This document shows positions 23,401 through 33,437 of a stretch of 64,000 nt of DNA, in pieces. The first letter of the stretch is position 1; each line of letters opens with the position of its first letter. The DNA is from Macrostomum hystrix (lineage: Eukaryota > Animalia > Platyhelminthes), in assembly GCA_950097015.1 (NCBI GenBank), contig CATNEN010000007.1, positions 11,346,001-11,410,000 of the forward strand, in the 5' to 3' direction. Both the position numbers and the translations under genes were made by a program. Under the pieces are notes generated by a model. That model saw only the letters and a program-made list of their open reading frames with translations, did not search any database and was not told the DNA's origin.

Positions 23401-26400
23401 GGAACATTCCGAGCCTTGTAGAAACGAGGGCGGGCGCCAGGTTTGAGACGAAGCTGCACGGCTGGTCCCGTGTACCGACCGAGGTCCGGCTTGAAAACAA
23501 CGGCGTAGCGATCGAGCAGACTGCGTAGCTTTGGGTTGTCAGCTGCATGCCGCACCTGCTTGATTGTTCGCCAGTCTAAGGGCAGATCGACCAGCCAGTC
23601 CCGACCAATCAGGCTGGAGCCTGTGCCCTCCACCACGAGTAACGGCAGCACCTTGGAGGCCGACTCGGTCTCAACACGAACTCGAATTCTTCCGAGCACT
23701 GGCACGGACTCTCCCGAGTAGGTGCGTAGCAGCGTGTCGACGGACTCGAGCAGAGGCTGGCCACACAGCTCAGATTTGTAGGTCTCCGACGATATGAGGG
23801 AAACAGATGCTCCGGTGTCCACCTCCATTCGTACTGGGGTGCCGTCGATGATCACCACAGTCTCAATTGGGGGCACCTTGCCGTTTCTCTCGGCCATGAT
23901 GTGCAGCGAGAAGGTCTCCTCCGCCTCGAGCTCGTGTATCTTCTGTCCGTCGCGATGGCCGGAGGCGTGCTGGGTCTCTCGTCGTGACGTCGCGTGGTTT
24001 TCACGGCTGGCTGCCGCTGCTGACCTGCACGCGGCCGCGACATGCCCGATCTTTGAGCAGGCGAAGCACTTCTTGTCTGCGAACCGGCACTTCGCCGCTG
24101 AATGACGCTGCGACAGACACCGGTGGCACCGCTTAGTCGACGTTGCCTCTCCGGTTGATCCAGGGCTGTCCCGTCGCTCTTCTGGTGTCCATCGGCGAAC
24201 TGCGTGCACGGTGTCTGAGCCTTTGGTCACCAGCAAGTTTCCCTTCGCGGCCGACTCGTGCGCTTGTGCCATCGAGAGTGCAGACTCCAGGGTCAATTCT
24301 TTCTCAGCGAAGAGCCTCCGCTGGATGTTGTCGTTCTCAATGCCCAGGACCAGTCTGTCTCTGAGCATGCTGTTCAAACTGGCGCCGAAGTTGCAATGAC
24401 GTGCTAAATTTCGTCGCTCGGCGAGAAATTCGGCAATGGACTCGCCCGCCTGACGGCTTCTGCTGTAAAACCGGTATCGTCGAACGATCTCTGGCGGGGT
24501 TGGGTCAAAGTGTTCTTTCAGCTTGTCACAGATTACCACATAGTCAGTCTCAGAGGGCTTCGCAGGTGCCAGTAGGCTGGATACCAGTTGGTAAGTGTTC
24601 TTGCCACATGTGCTGAGCAGCACGGCTCGCTTCTTGTTCCCTGACTCGATGTCATTTGCGATCAGGAACTGTTCCAGTCTCTCCTGGTATTGCAGCCAAC
24701 TCTCAGTGCCCTCCTCAAAGGGTCCGATTGAGCCCAGAATGCTCATTCCTCGTCGCCACTTTTGTAGACCAGGAATTCTTTAGATAGCGCAAAGGCCACG
24801 AACTACGTACAAGGAGATTTGATATATTTATACTAACAAAATATGGCTGGGGGTGACAATGGCACGTGGAGAGCAGGGAGTAAGAACAGAGCACGTTGTG
24901 TCGCACGCGCAGGTGACACACGCGGCCCACGCACGCATAGGAAAATGGGCGTGCATTGAGCAACGATAAGTTAATAGAGTACATTCAAGTCCGGTTGAAA
25001 ATTCAAGTCACAACACAATCGCTTGCTTACTTCTGATTGGCTGACAGGAGACAGTTGGGACGAATCGGAAGGCAGCTCGCACCCGTCGTCTGACGCTGCG
25101 AACAACGCATCGCCTACCACGACCACACTTCACCTTGGCACAGAGACCTGGAACGGTTGGAATGGTGCTTATTTGAATTTCATTATTTGAAGTTTTCATT
25201 TGCTTTGATAAAAGGTTTAATCCAAATTATGCTTTGCTCAAATGGTGTGTGTGTTTATTTTGAGCTGACAAGTTTTTGTGCAATTTCCTGTGGCTGTTTG
25301 ACATTCGGTGAGTTCCCTATTGTTGATTTTGGATTAAAACCGTAAAAGTATAGCTTGAAATAGCTTAAAATGATGCTTTTAGTGTGTGGAATGTTTGATT
25401 GGGCCCCGTTTATAACAATTACATTTTCGTGTTCCTTTGCTTTCAGAAGTTAGATTAATTTGTCGATTTCTGTGATTTTAGTATACTCGTTGTAATTCAA
25501 AATAGTGTTATGTGCGTGCATAATACTACAATTCGTCTTGCTTTTTTCAAGGGACTAAACCTTACCGTTAGCAAAGGTATAATAATAATCTTTGCTCTAA
25601 ATTTTCTTTACAGCACCTAGGCACCCCTTTGCTTTGGTCAGCTGTCCAAGGAAAAAAAATCCAAGATATTCATCTAATATTACTCTTCCATGGTTATACT
25701 AAAGAAAAGTGGAAATATGTTTTTTTTAGATTTTAAACTTGGCAATGTGCTTTCTCCCGTCTTTTAAGAACAAAAGAGTCAAGTCGATGATTTCAAAGAT
25801 TTTTTTCTTTTGAACTCACTTTTCGTTTCACTTGACTTGCGGACGCATCTCTTGGATCCGCGAAGAGCTCGTCTCAACCGCCTGATCAGCGAGGCGACTC
25901 TGCTTCGGTGGCGGCGACCAAGAGCGCTCAACCGTCTGCTGTGCACTCCTGCAAGTTGAGCCCTGCGTCTGGCGTAGCTGGACACTACTGACGAGTGCAA
26001 CTGGCACCTGTACCTCACAGTCATGTACTTGAAAGTTCCCACACAAGGATCTCCGAACACGGAGTTCGAGCTGTGAACTCTGCACGATCGTCTGTTGTTG
26101 CACTTGGATGCGATCACTCCGTTGGCTCGTCCACTGTTGCACGAGTATGTTCTTCGAGGTCCGTATGCGCAGAATCGGTTCGAGGTTCTGCCGTAGAACC
26201 CGTTCAGCACCTGGATGACATATCTAGCTGGACAACTGATGGACACGAACTGGTGCTCGCATGCATGCTTCTCGTGCTCAGCTAGAACATAAAACAGGTT
26301 ATATTAATATGCGCCTACGTTGAAGTTGTACGTAACTTATAAATATAATTTCTGCGGCGTAAGCTCACCAAGGAAGCGTCTCGGAGTTCGACTTCGGCTC

Positions 26401-29400
26401 ATCAAAGCCGCATGTCGTCGTCTCTCAGCGGCAGTCCTGCTTGTGTAAGCTCGTGTCAGCCTGCTGATTCTGTTTCTTAGCATTCGGATTCGCCTGCTGG
26501 ACCTTCTGGTGGCGCAATTCTCGCTTCTGGTGCATCTTCGTCGACCGCAAAGGCCTGCGTTTATGCAAAAAGTTTGCTTTTCAAGGCAATGCCAGATTTA
26601 CGATTTGCGCGCTTACAGTGGTTAGGTTACTTCGTGCTGATTTAAGATCGTGGATTTGCTTCCTATTATACTATTTTTAATAATACTATTTTCGACTTAG
26701 TCAGACTTTAGGACCTCAGAAAGGAATGCAAAAAACCACAAGATTTCGAAAACCTCCTCGACAACAAAAGTACAAGGCCTCACCAATCGGCTTGGGTCCA
26801 ACGCAGCGTGCGACAAGGCGTCTCGATCGTCCAACACGCCTTGTGACGCATCGCTTGAACCGACCACAGCGAACTCGCTTGCATAGATCTGGATTGAGTT
26901 CATGTTGGCACTCTGATGCGTGCTGTAAGAGAACTACTATGATAACGCACACGGCAAACGAGACTCACTTGCGAATGGCTTCTTCACACAAGCTGCCCTT
27001 CGCCTGACAATGCGAACGCGTCGTCCCCTGCGTCTGAATACTCGTCCGAAGTAGCGCACAATGCACCTTTGTCCGTTCTGACAACGCAGCTTGTCGCACG
27101 GGTCTGGAAGGTGAGAAGCAAACTGTTCAGTCAGCAGTGATGAAACTAACTCAATAAATGAATAAGCCTCGATACTCACTCTTCTTGCTGACGCATCGGG
27201 TTCTGAGCTTGCTGCCACGACGGGTCCTCACTCGGTATTCCACACACTTGAAGCCTCTGCTGCACTTGCGAGACTTGCAGTCACCACTGGTTCTCTTGGT
27301 GCACTTTGGCACTCGTTGGTATCGAGTGAACCTTCTTGTGACTCTCTTTGTGACACGTCGACAGCGGCATCGGCGGATGAACTTGGACAGGTGAGACAGG
27401 TTCATGCGTCTCAGTCGGTCGCTGCCGAATGAGATGGCTTGACGGATGAAGCTGAGCACCTTTTGATGCGATCACTGGTCGTGTTGATGACCTGACCGTT
27501 TCCTCTAGACAAGAATTGGTACTCCTTGTGATAGCTACTGCCACACAGACGACCCGTGACGAGGAAAATCACCTGTAGTGACTTTCTATTGATGATTTCT
27601 CGCACCTATGTTCGTGTGAGATTAGAAGCAATCAGTTATTGACCCGAAGTCGACACATACAGAGGTACCAGTGTTTGCTGATTGAGGCTCACCTGGCGTC
27701 TCCTGCTATGGTCCTTTGCGCTCGCATCTGTGAACACGTAGATGACGGATCCGGGCTTCACCCTTCTGGCTGCAGCTAGAATGCCGGCCATGCTCATCTC
27801 AGGACAGTCGCCACCTCCGCTGGCTCTCAGCTTGCTCACAGCAGCGTAAATTGAGGCGGCATTCGAGCTGACAGTGACTGGGCCAACCTGCAAAGTGTGT
27901 TAGAACTCCTCTTTAAATATTCAATGGCCAGTCTTTCGGATGACGACAGTGCATTTCGAGCTGACTGCTCGGTTGAAAATCTTCGAGCAATACCTTTGGA
28001 TCGTTGAACGGCGAGATGACGAACTGGCGAATCGTGCGTCGGTTCGCTGCCACAATCTGCTTGATGCTCGATCGGATTCCATTGATCACTCTGCCCATGC
28101 TGCCTGTTGTGTCGACCACGAACGCCATGTCGACCTGACCGGCCTTGCTCAGTGTGGACGGCTTCACCAAGACGCTCCTGCACGGACACTTCTTGGACAC
28201 TCGGGTCACAGTGCGTGTCACTGTTGTAAAACGGTAGCCAACGCGACACCGGTATCCGGACTTGCACTTCAGTCGGCTGCACAGGTCTACAGGTCGTAAT
28301 ATAAGGTGAATTTGTATGGTGGACAAGACATGTGGAGCAAACTAATGCTTGTGGCCTAACTAGCTTTTCTTTTGACGATTAATTGAGATGACAGACACAA
28401 TCGCTTGCTTACTTCTGATTGGCTGACAGGAGACAGTTGGGACGAATCGGAAGGCAGCTCGCACCCGTCGTCTGACGCTGCGAACAACGCATCGCCTACC
28501 ACGACCACACTTCACCTTGGCACAGAGTGCTGCGGGTCCTGTTTGTTCAGGAACAATTTTGTCTGCGTTCTAATTATCATGTTTGGCTGACTGAAACGCT
28601 GTCCTACACTCCTTACTACGAGCATGGCGTGCATTACGCGTGTATAGTTTTTTCGATGATCCCTTATATATTTTTATCATAGGCTTACCAGCTCCTAGTA
28701 ACTTGTAGTTACTGGAGCTGAATTATGATATGTTCCCAACTTTTGGTTCACTTTGCTTTTTCTTCTACAAGAAAACTCACTGGGCCGTTTTCCTCCAAAG
28801 CAGCGTTTCAACCTTCTTGCGATGGCTTCGAGTCCTCTTCTGACTGCTCGGAACTGCCTCGCGCTGCGTCGCCTTGCAGCCCGTCCACCGATGCGGAGTC
28901 GTCGCCTGTACAGCTGGGCTGAACGCCTGAGTTTGCGGCGCTGCCTCAAAATACTGGAGCAGCGACCCACGATTGGCCGAATTGGTCGGACGAAGCACCT
29001 TACGGAGGTCACATAGGCGTATCTGGGCGTCAATTTGGGTACTCGACGGCAGGTGCAGCTGCGCTTGGACCTAATGAACTCGTGCAGCCCGCTGCGGTTG
29101 AGCTCTCTCAGAGTGGAAGCGCCTTTAGGGATCGCCTTCGTAAGGAAATTCATTACACGGTGAGTGGTCGACCTAGCCATCTTTATCCAGGCGCCCCGTG
29201 ACTGCTGTGAGATATGCTTGTACGCTGTCTTGACTCCACACAGTTTACCACTGAGAAGGAAGTTGATCTGCACATTTTTGCTTCTGGCCAATCGGAGCAC
29301 GTCCGCTTCGTTTCTACATTTTATTTAAAAAATTCTGGGTTTGAAATCCAAGAAACGCAAAATAAATGATGAAATATTTTCATTTCCTAGCGTTTAAAAG

Positions 29401-32400
29401 AATACTTTTAAAGGAGCAAAAATCCCTCAAATATCTAGGCAAGGTTGCTACTTGTTATGCTCACCGCTTGTCTCGCTTTGACGCGCTGGCATCAGTGAAT
29501 ACGTAAACAATCGAGTTCTTTTTGACGCGTCGGAGAGCCTCATACATGCCTGCATGGCTCATTTCTGGGCAATCGCCACCGCCGCTGGCTCGCATTCGTC
29601 TGACTGCGCTGATCAGCCTGCTCTTGGCCGCGGGTGACCTTGCTCTGCTGACTGTCACTGGTCCTGCTGTTGGGTCCGCAAACGGGACAAGAACGAACTT
29701 GTCCACCTTAATTTAGAGGAATGCCGTTGAAATTCTCGTTGAAATCCGAACTCATGAAGAGAGTTTGGATTCGAATGCTCATAAATAATTCTATGATAGT
29801 CACTTACCACTCCAGAGCGAGCATTTGCGTTGATGACGTTGACGATGTTGTTCTTGATTGCGTTGATCACTCTTCCCATGCTTCCAGTGATGTCGACAAC
29901 AAAGGCTACATCGACGGAATTGACTTGCGACTTAGCAGTCGGTTTACCGCTGATGCAGGTGCAAGACTTGGTGTAGCCGGCAACTCGGTGTTTGAGGTAG
30001 ACCCGGGTGCGGAAGGCGCGGGACACATAGCCAGCTGGGCATCGAGCTGAAACAGGTCGGGCTTTCCCTTGCAGCACTGCATTGATAGCACTAATGGTGG
30101 CTTTGGGCCTTGATTTTTCTATCAATGCGAAGATACAGGCGTATTAAAGAGGCTTTCATCACAAACCTCGAATGCAGCTCTGTCCAACACGCCTGAAGTT
30201 CTTCTGGCAGCGCTTGCGAATGCAGTAGAATCTTGTGGCTTGGGTGCCCTTTGGACAGCGACCTGTGGAGCGAAATGAATACTTTGGTGCTGTTAAATAA
30301 GCGACTTGACACCCGCGTGCCTTCGCAGCAAGCATGGAGACAAGTACTCACGAATGCAGACGCTTCCCTTCCTCTTGAAACCTGGGGCACATCGGGCTGA
30401 AAAAGATCAGGTGTCATAAATTTATAATCAATATGAACACAAGCTAAGGTACAGAGCAAAGAGAATTTCAGTAAAAATCGAGTAATTCTTGACGAGGTCT
30501 AAACGATCAGGAGATGGACTAGTGGCTTCAAAGTTTACCTCTGTAGCAGATTCGTCCGCGCCGAATGAATCCGGAAGGACATGATCTTCCTGCAAGTGTT
30601 TATTGTAAGGATTCTTCTATTAGTGCTCTGCCAGTTTTTGTTATCACCATCTTCTTTGACACAATAATTTGCCTTGGACTTACGCATGCAGAAGAAGCCA
30701 ACCTTGATGAAGCCGCTTGGACAAATGCGCCTGCGGCATAGATGGCCCGTCCTGCGCCATCCTCTGGGACAGCGGCCGACGAAGCGAATTCTGGCACAGA
30801 ATCGGCCCACCCGTCGGTAGAAGCGGGGGCACTTGATGAACACGCAGCGCGAGCCCCGGCGTACGTAGCCGTGTGGGCAGTTCAGCTTCCTGCAGAAGCC
30901 GAACACTTTCCGATAGCCAGCCGGACATCTCCGTCCACCGGGCGAGGTTGGGCGGTAAACACAGCGGGAGCCGCGGCGTCTGTAGTTTCTCGGGCAGACA
31001 ATTCGAACACAGGAGAAGCCTCGCCTGAAGCGTCTTACGCGTCGGAAGCCACGAGCGCATCTTCCGGCATTCATGACGCAGTGGAACCTAAATAAAATAA
31101 AATAACTGAATATGAAACTTTCCCACTGAAATAGTTTGATTAATTTGGGTATATTTAATGGCTCGAAAATGTTTTGAATCAGGCTGTTTCTAATTCCAAA
31201 ATTTCATTAACAAAAACTTTCGAGTTTTCAGTGGTAACGGAATCAAATTTGGCATGAAATAAAAAGTCCGGCTAATGCTTTATGCTAACGCAGAAGAAAC
31301 ACCCAAATCACGACTGAGGCGCTTACCTGAAGCGTCTTCCGTGTCGCACGCGTCTCAGGCTGTAGCCAATCGGACAGCGGGAAGTGACAAACACGCATCT
31401 AAGTGATCCGCGGCGCGTGCGTCTGGGAACGCGACCGCTGGGACAGTGCGGGACACATCTGCCGCGGCGGCGGAAGTTAACAGGGCAGGATCGGAAAATG
31501 CGCAAGCACCTTCGGCCTCTCCTACGGTAGCCCTTGTGACACCTGAGAGCAGAATATATAATATATTTAAGAATAATGAACGGTTCTTGCAGAGCTAAAC
31601 TGCAGCAGGACTTCTAGGGTATAAAAATATACCCATGTATAAGTTTTAGAGAAAAATATAAACCTATGGCTTTTGATGAGCAGAGGCGGCATGGAACGAA
31701 TAATTCTATAAGAAACTCAGCTAATTAAAAATTAATACTTCTTGAATTAGGTCGCCTCTCACCTGGCCGAGCCGCTTCGGAATCTGACGCAACGTCCACT
31801 GCGATTGTAAAAGTTCATCGGGCAGCGGTAGTGATAGAAGACGCACAGACCTCGTCGAAGATGGAATCCAGGCTTGCAGCTGCGGCGGCAACTCTGACCG
31901 ACCTTTGTGAATCCTCGTGGACAGCGCACTAGATGGCACCGACCGCGGTAGGCCCGGTATCCAGCTGCGCAGGAAATGCGCATCCGCTTGACGCATCGAC
32001 TGCCACTGCGCCGGAATCCACTGGGACACCACCTTCGAGGTTTGAAGATTCGGATGATGCGAATACACCTGGCACCACGGCGCACGTACGGTCTCGGACA
32101 GTAGACTCGGTAGCAACGGTTTCCTTGCTTCTTGTAACCTCGGGGGCACCTGCGGAACAGACGCTTGATTAACTTTACGAAACGCGTTTTCATCCTCTTC
32201 ACGCAGCTGTAGATGGACCGCTTGATGATACGTCTGCGTCGGGCTCGCCTTCGGAACCAGGATCGAATCTTGGATGCTGCTCTAGACGCTGCTCTTGCCA
32301 GGCTCCTTGCCTTGGCTTTCGCAAGGGCTCTTGCCCTCCTTCTGGCTTTGGCAATCGCTCTCGCCAGGGCTCTCGCTCTCCTTCTAGCAGCAGCTCTGGC

Positions 32401-33197
32401 TCGTCGCAGAGCCTGGGCTCGTTTCCTGGCCCATGCTTTAGCTCTTGCTGTAGCTTTCGCTCTGGCCCTTGCCACCGCTCGCGCCAAAGCTCTAGCTCTA
32501 GCTCTAACTCTGGCTCTGGCCCTCGCCAAAGCCTTGGCTCTTGCTCTTGCCAGCGCTCTTGCTCTCGCCGCGGCTTTTGCGAGTGCTCTGGCTCTAGCCC
32601 GGGCCATTGCGATCGCTCTCGCCCTGGCTCTAGCCAATGCTCTGGCCACAGCCCTGGCTCTGGCTCTGGCTCTGGCTCTAGCCCGGGCCAAGGCTCTGGC
32701 GATTGCTAAGGCTCTGGCTCTAGCTCTGCCCCTTGCTCTTTCCATTGCTTTGGCCAAAGCCCTGGCCCTAGCTCGAGCGATAGCGTGGGCTCTGGCTCTC
32801 GCTCTAGCCAGCGCCCTCGCCAAAGCCCTGGCCCTGGCTCGAGCGATGGCGCGGGCTCTTGCGCGGGCTCTCGCAGCCCGGCTTCTGGCTTCGGCAGCAG
32901 CCCTCATAGCTCTCCGCCGCGCCTCCCAAATCCGGCGCCTGAGTGCCCTGGCTCTTTCAATCGCCAGTCGCCTCAGTCGTGCCGCTCTTTGTCGTAGGCG
33001 GCGGATGCGCTTGCACGCCCATCCGCATCTGAAAAACAGACATCATGCAGTTCGATGAGATGGAGAAAATTTTAGTGTAAAATTAATTTTAATTCAATTG
33101 CGAGTCTGGCGAACCTTCTTCCCCAGCACTCTCCAAAGTCGCTGGTCAGCACCAGAAATAGACACACAGAGAGAAGTAATAGCACTGTGAGACGCAT
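2023..33197 (-). CDS. Gene A: giant secreted Arg/Lys-rich multidomain protein (vWA, SUEL lectin, ShK, vWD-C8-TIL, EGF, FnII); adhesive/mucin-like, multi-exon
   Basis: ATG at 33197 begins signal peptide MRLTVLLLLSVCLFLVLTSDFGEC. A chain of GT-AG bounded minus-strand exons with a common Arg/Cys-rich style runs to TGA at 2023. Exon joining was inferred by eye and not every junction was checked. Confidence 0.8.
2602..2948 (-). CDS. Gene A exon with a fibronectin type II-like domain and a vWC-like motif
   Basis: CVFPFKYQGKWLYNCDAYNGRYWC...WGYC (2845-2732) matches the FnII pattern; YIEGERWNHGCNVMEC follows. Confidence 0.75.
3087..7401 (-). CDS. Gene A 4.3-kb exon: Arg/Cys repeats, ShK-like, vWD-C8-TIL, vWA, ~6 EGF (mostly Ca-binding type), second vWA
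   Basis: ORF 3083..7282 contains CTSMGDPHYRTFDG (vWD), GICGNCNG, C8 and TIL Cys patterns, DLAFVMDGTDDV and DFIFTIDGSDKL (vWA), and repeated CxDIDEC...CVNTxGSFxCxC (cbEGF). Confidence 0.93.
7493..11316 (-). CDS. Gene A exon cluster of short Arg-rich two-cysteine (furin-repeat-like) units
   Basis: Many small exons encode units such as CPSGTRRRRWYC, CPAGFTKRGSRC and CPKNFTGRVYKR, bounded by GT-AG. Confidence 0.75.
11402..14358 (-). CDS. Gene A: four exons of follistatin-N-like Cys clamps with long Arg/Lys helical inserts
   Basis: Each module reads C-x3-4-C-x5-C-[about 70-270 basic residues]-C. The exons are collinear with gene B exons at 36818-39898. Confidence 0.8.
14484..14945 (-). CDS. Gene A SUEL (galactose/rhamnose-binding) lectin exon, copy 1
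   Basis: ACEHQFVSISCP...NGFYGR...C...SNSVFGDPCVGTFKYMTVRYRC shows the YGR, DPC and KY hallmarks. Confidence 0.92.
15844..16951 (-). CDS. Gene A hemicentin/vWA7-type vWA domain (3 exons), copy 1
   Basis: DMAFVVDTTGSM (MIDAS DxTxS), PFNDP, GGGDCPEMS, VIYVFTDASAKD. Confidence 0.9.
17866..18327 (-). CDS. Gene A SUEL lectin exon, copy 2
   Basis: Lectin core identical to copy 1. Confidence 0.9.
19234..20341 (-). CDS. Gene A vWA domain, copy 2
   Basis: Same exons as 15844-16951, offset 3390 bp. Confidence 0.9.
20458..25015 (-). mobile_element. Full-length Ty3/Gypsy (Mag-like) LTR retrotransposon
   Basis: 256-bp LTRs at 20458-20713 and 24760-25015 that look identical; 5-bp TSD CAATC (20453-20457, 25016-25020); PBS TGGCGACGAGG from 24758 downward; PPT GTGTGGAGGGA next to 20713. 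The empty site is seen at ~17063 and ~28398. Confidence 0.97.
20811..24746 (-). CDS. Gag-Pol polyprotein, 1311 aa, uninterrupted
   Basis: Two CCHC knuckles, protease VDTGAS, RT FIDD, RNase H CDAS...DALSR, integrase HHCC and IDYAG/SDNG/NGQAER, in Gypsy domain order. Confidence 0.97.
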   Translation of the reverse strand: MSILGSIGPFEEGTESWLQYQERLEQFLIANDIESGNKKRAVLLSTCGKNTYQLVSSLLAPAKPSETDYVVICDKLKEHFDPTPPEIVRRYRFYSRSRQAGESIAEFLAERRNLARHCNFGASLNSMLRDRLVLGIENDNIQRRLFAEKELTLESALSMAQAHESAAKGNLLVTKGSDTVHAVRRWTPEERRDSPGSTGEATSTKRCHRCLSQRHSAAKCRFADKKCFACSKIGHVAAACRSAAAASRENHATSRRETQHASGHRDGQKIHELEAEETFSLHIMAERNGKVPPIETVVIIDGTPVRMEVDTGASVSLISSETYKSELCGQPLLESVDTLLRTYSGESVPVLGRIRVRVETESASKVLPLLVVEGTGSSLIGRDWLVDLPLDWRTIKQVRHAADNPKLRSLLDRYAVVFKPDLGRYTGPAVQLRLKPGARPRFYKARNVPLALKEKVEAQLDKEIEQGVLKPVGSSDYASPIVPVLKTDGSVRICADFKQTVNLDVEPDTYPVPRIDELFTKLAGGKRFTKLDLCQACLQMPLDEASQELCTVNTSKGLLRYTRLPFGVAPAVGIFQRQMDCLLQGVPHVACFIDDLLVTGTDDGDHLRNLEQVLQRLQQSGLRCGLSKCDFLQESVSYLGHKIDATGLHPMQDKVRAVQEAPAPRDPTQLRSFLGLVNYYGKFLPNLSTELAPLHRLLNRDSPWHWGASQDAAFHKCKELISRAPVLVHFDDKLPLVLECDASPYGIGAVICHRVNGVDKPIAFASRTLHDAEANYSQLEKEALAVVYGVKKFHTYLYGREFMLVSDHKPLLGLLHESKPIPAMASGRIQRWALLLAGYRYNMVHRAGKSLLRADALSRLPLPERPRDAPVPAEIVLTMDMLDEGPVTAGHIRAWTRTDPDLSRILRYTESGCWPAQTPPELQPYHSRADELSIQDGCLLWGCRVLVPAAGRSALLQCLHQGHQGASRMKALARSFFWWPKLDEAIEQLVSACPDCQELSKSPRPFPLQPWAWPDRPWSRLHIDYAGPVEGRMLLVIVDAHSKWMEVHVMPSTSSAATIERLRQSFATHGLPDVLVSDNGPNLVSAEMEAFLERNGIKHVRTAPYHPASNGQAERAVQTLKRSLAKQRGGTLEERVSRFLLTYRVTPHATTGVAPCELLMGRRLHSLLDRVRPDVPARVSQQQALQKQHHDIHARDRRVEVGDAVLARDFANEGHWKPATVTASSGATSFTCRFEDGRDAHRHVDQVRKPAGPTLTAEEPQSQLPTSPPPGGQAEAAVVLPGVSETHEATGEGLPRRSSRKCGPPDRLGYQ
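25820..26281 (-). CDS. Gene A SUEL lectin exon, copy 3
   Basis: Same as copy 2 except one S->N substitution (KCNNRR). Confidence 0.9.
27180..28286 (-). CDS. Gene A vWA domain, copy 3 (1-bp deletion at 27461-27464)
   Basis: Same exons, but a T4 run replaces the T5 of the other copies and splits the ORF. Confidence 0.85.
28781..30067 (-). CDS. Gene A diverged fourth hemicentin-type vWA domain (3 exons)
   Basis: DVAFVVDITGSMG, PFADP, GGGDCPEMS, IVYVFTDASA. Confidence 0.88.
31763..33028 (-). CDS. Gene A exon: long Ala-Arg low-complexity helix followed by two-Cys Arg-rich repeats
   Basis: ORF 31759..32907: RARARALARA... then CPRGYKKQGNRC-type units. Frame joins the signal-peptide exon (AG|A). 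Confidence 0.85.
33115..33197 (-). CDS. Gene A first coding exon (signal peptide)
   Basis: MRLTVLLLLSVCLFLVLTSDFGECWGR; preceded by a 5' UTR intron at 33206-33295. Confidence 0.85.
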
Positions 33198-33360
33198 CTT
33201 GATACCTACAAAGCGCAGGATATCGCAGTAAATTGTTGGCTCGGAGCAGTCTGACACAAAAAATATATTTCAGGCAGACAAGTTGCCACACTTACCGATA
33301 CGTCTTCAGTGGCGCTCAGATAATCAACTGGATTCACTGTAGCAAGCACCGAACGGTGCT

Positions 33361-33437
33361 GTATTTATCGGCTCTCACACGAGGCGGGTTTCACGGTGGG
33401 AGGCGAGCAGTTGACTTCGCTGCCCAGGTGGGGAGCG
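33361..33437 (-). promoter_or_regulatory. Gene A core promoter: TATA-like element plus conserved CGCTCCCCACCTG motif
   Basis: ATAAAT at 33368-33363. The 13-mer at 33425-33437 recurs at the same spacing in gene B. Confidence 0.6.

Larger units (their letters stand above)
14597..28527. repeat. Near-identical ~3.39-kb tandem triplication of an 8-exon block (SUEL + vWA), including introns
   Basis: Blocks 14597-17192, 17979-25145 (interrupted by the LTR element) and 25933-28527. The linker 17193-17978 recurs at 25146-25932. The ORF-track proteins repeat almost letter for letter. Confidence 0.95.

Noticed and set aside
32213-33058. 281-aa Ala-Leu-rich plus-strand ORF
   Set aside because: Antisense shadow of the Ala-Arg exon.
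2023-33197. Naming gene A as Mlig-ap1, zonadhesin or hemicentin
   Set aside because: It shares domains with these, but the SUEL/vWA-stalk architecture differs from what I recall of each. Orthology cannot be set without a search.
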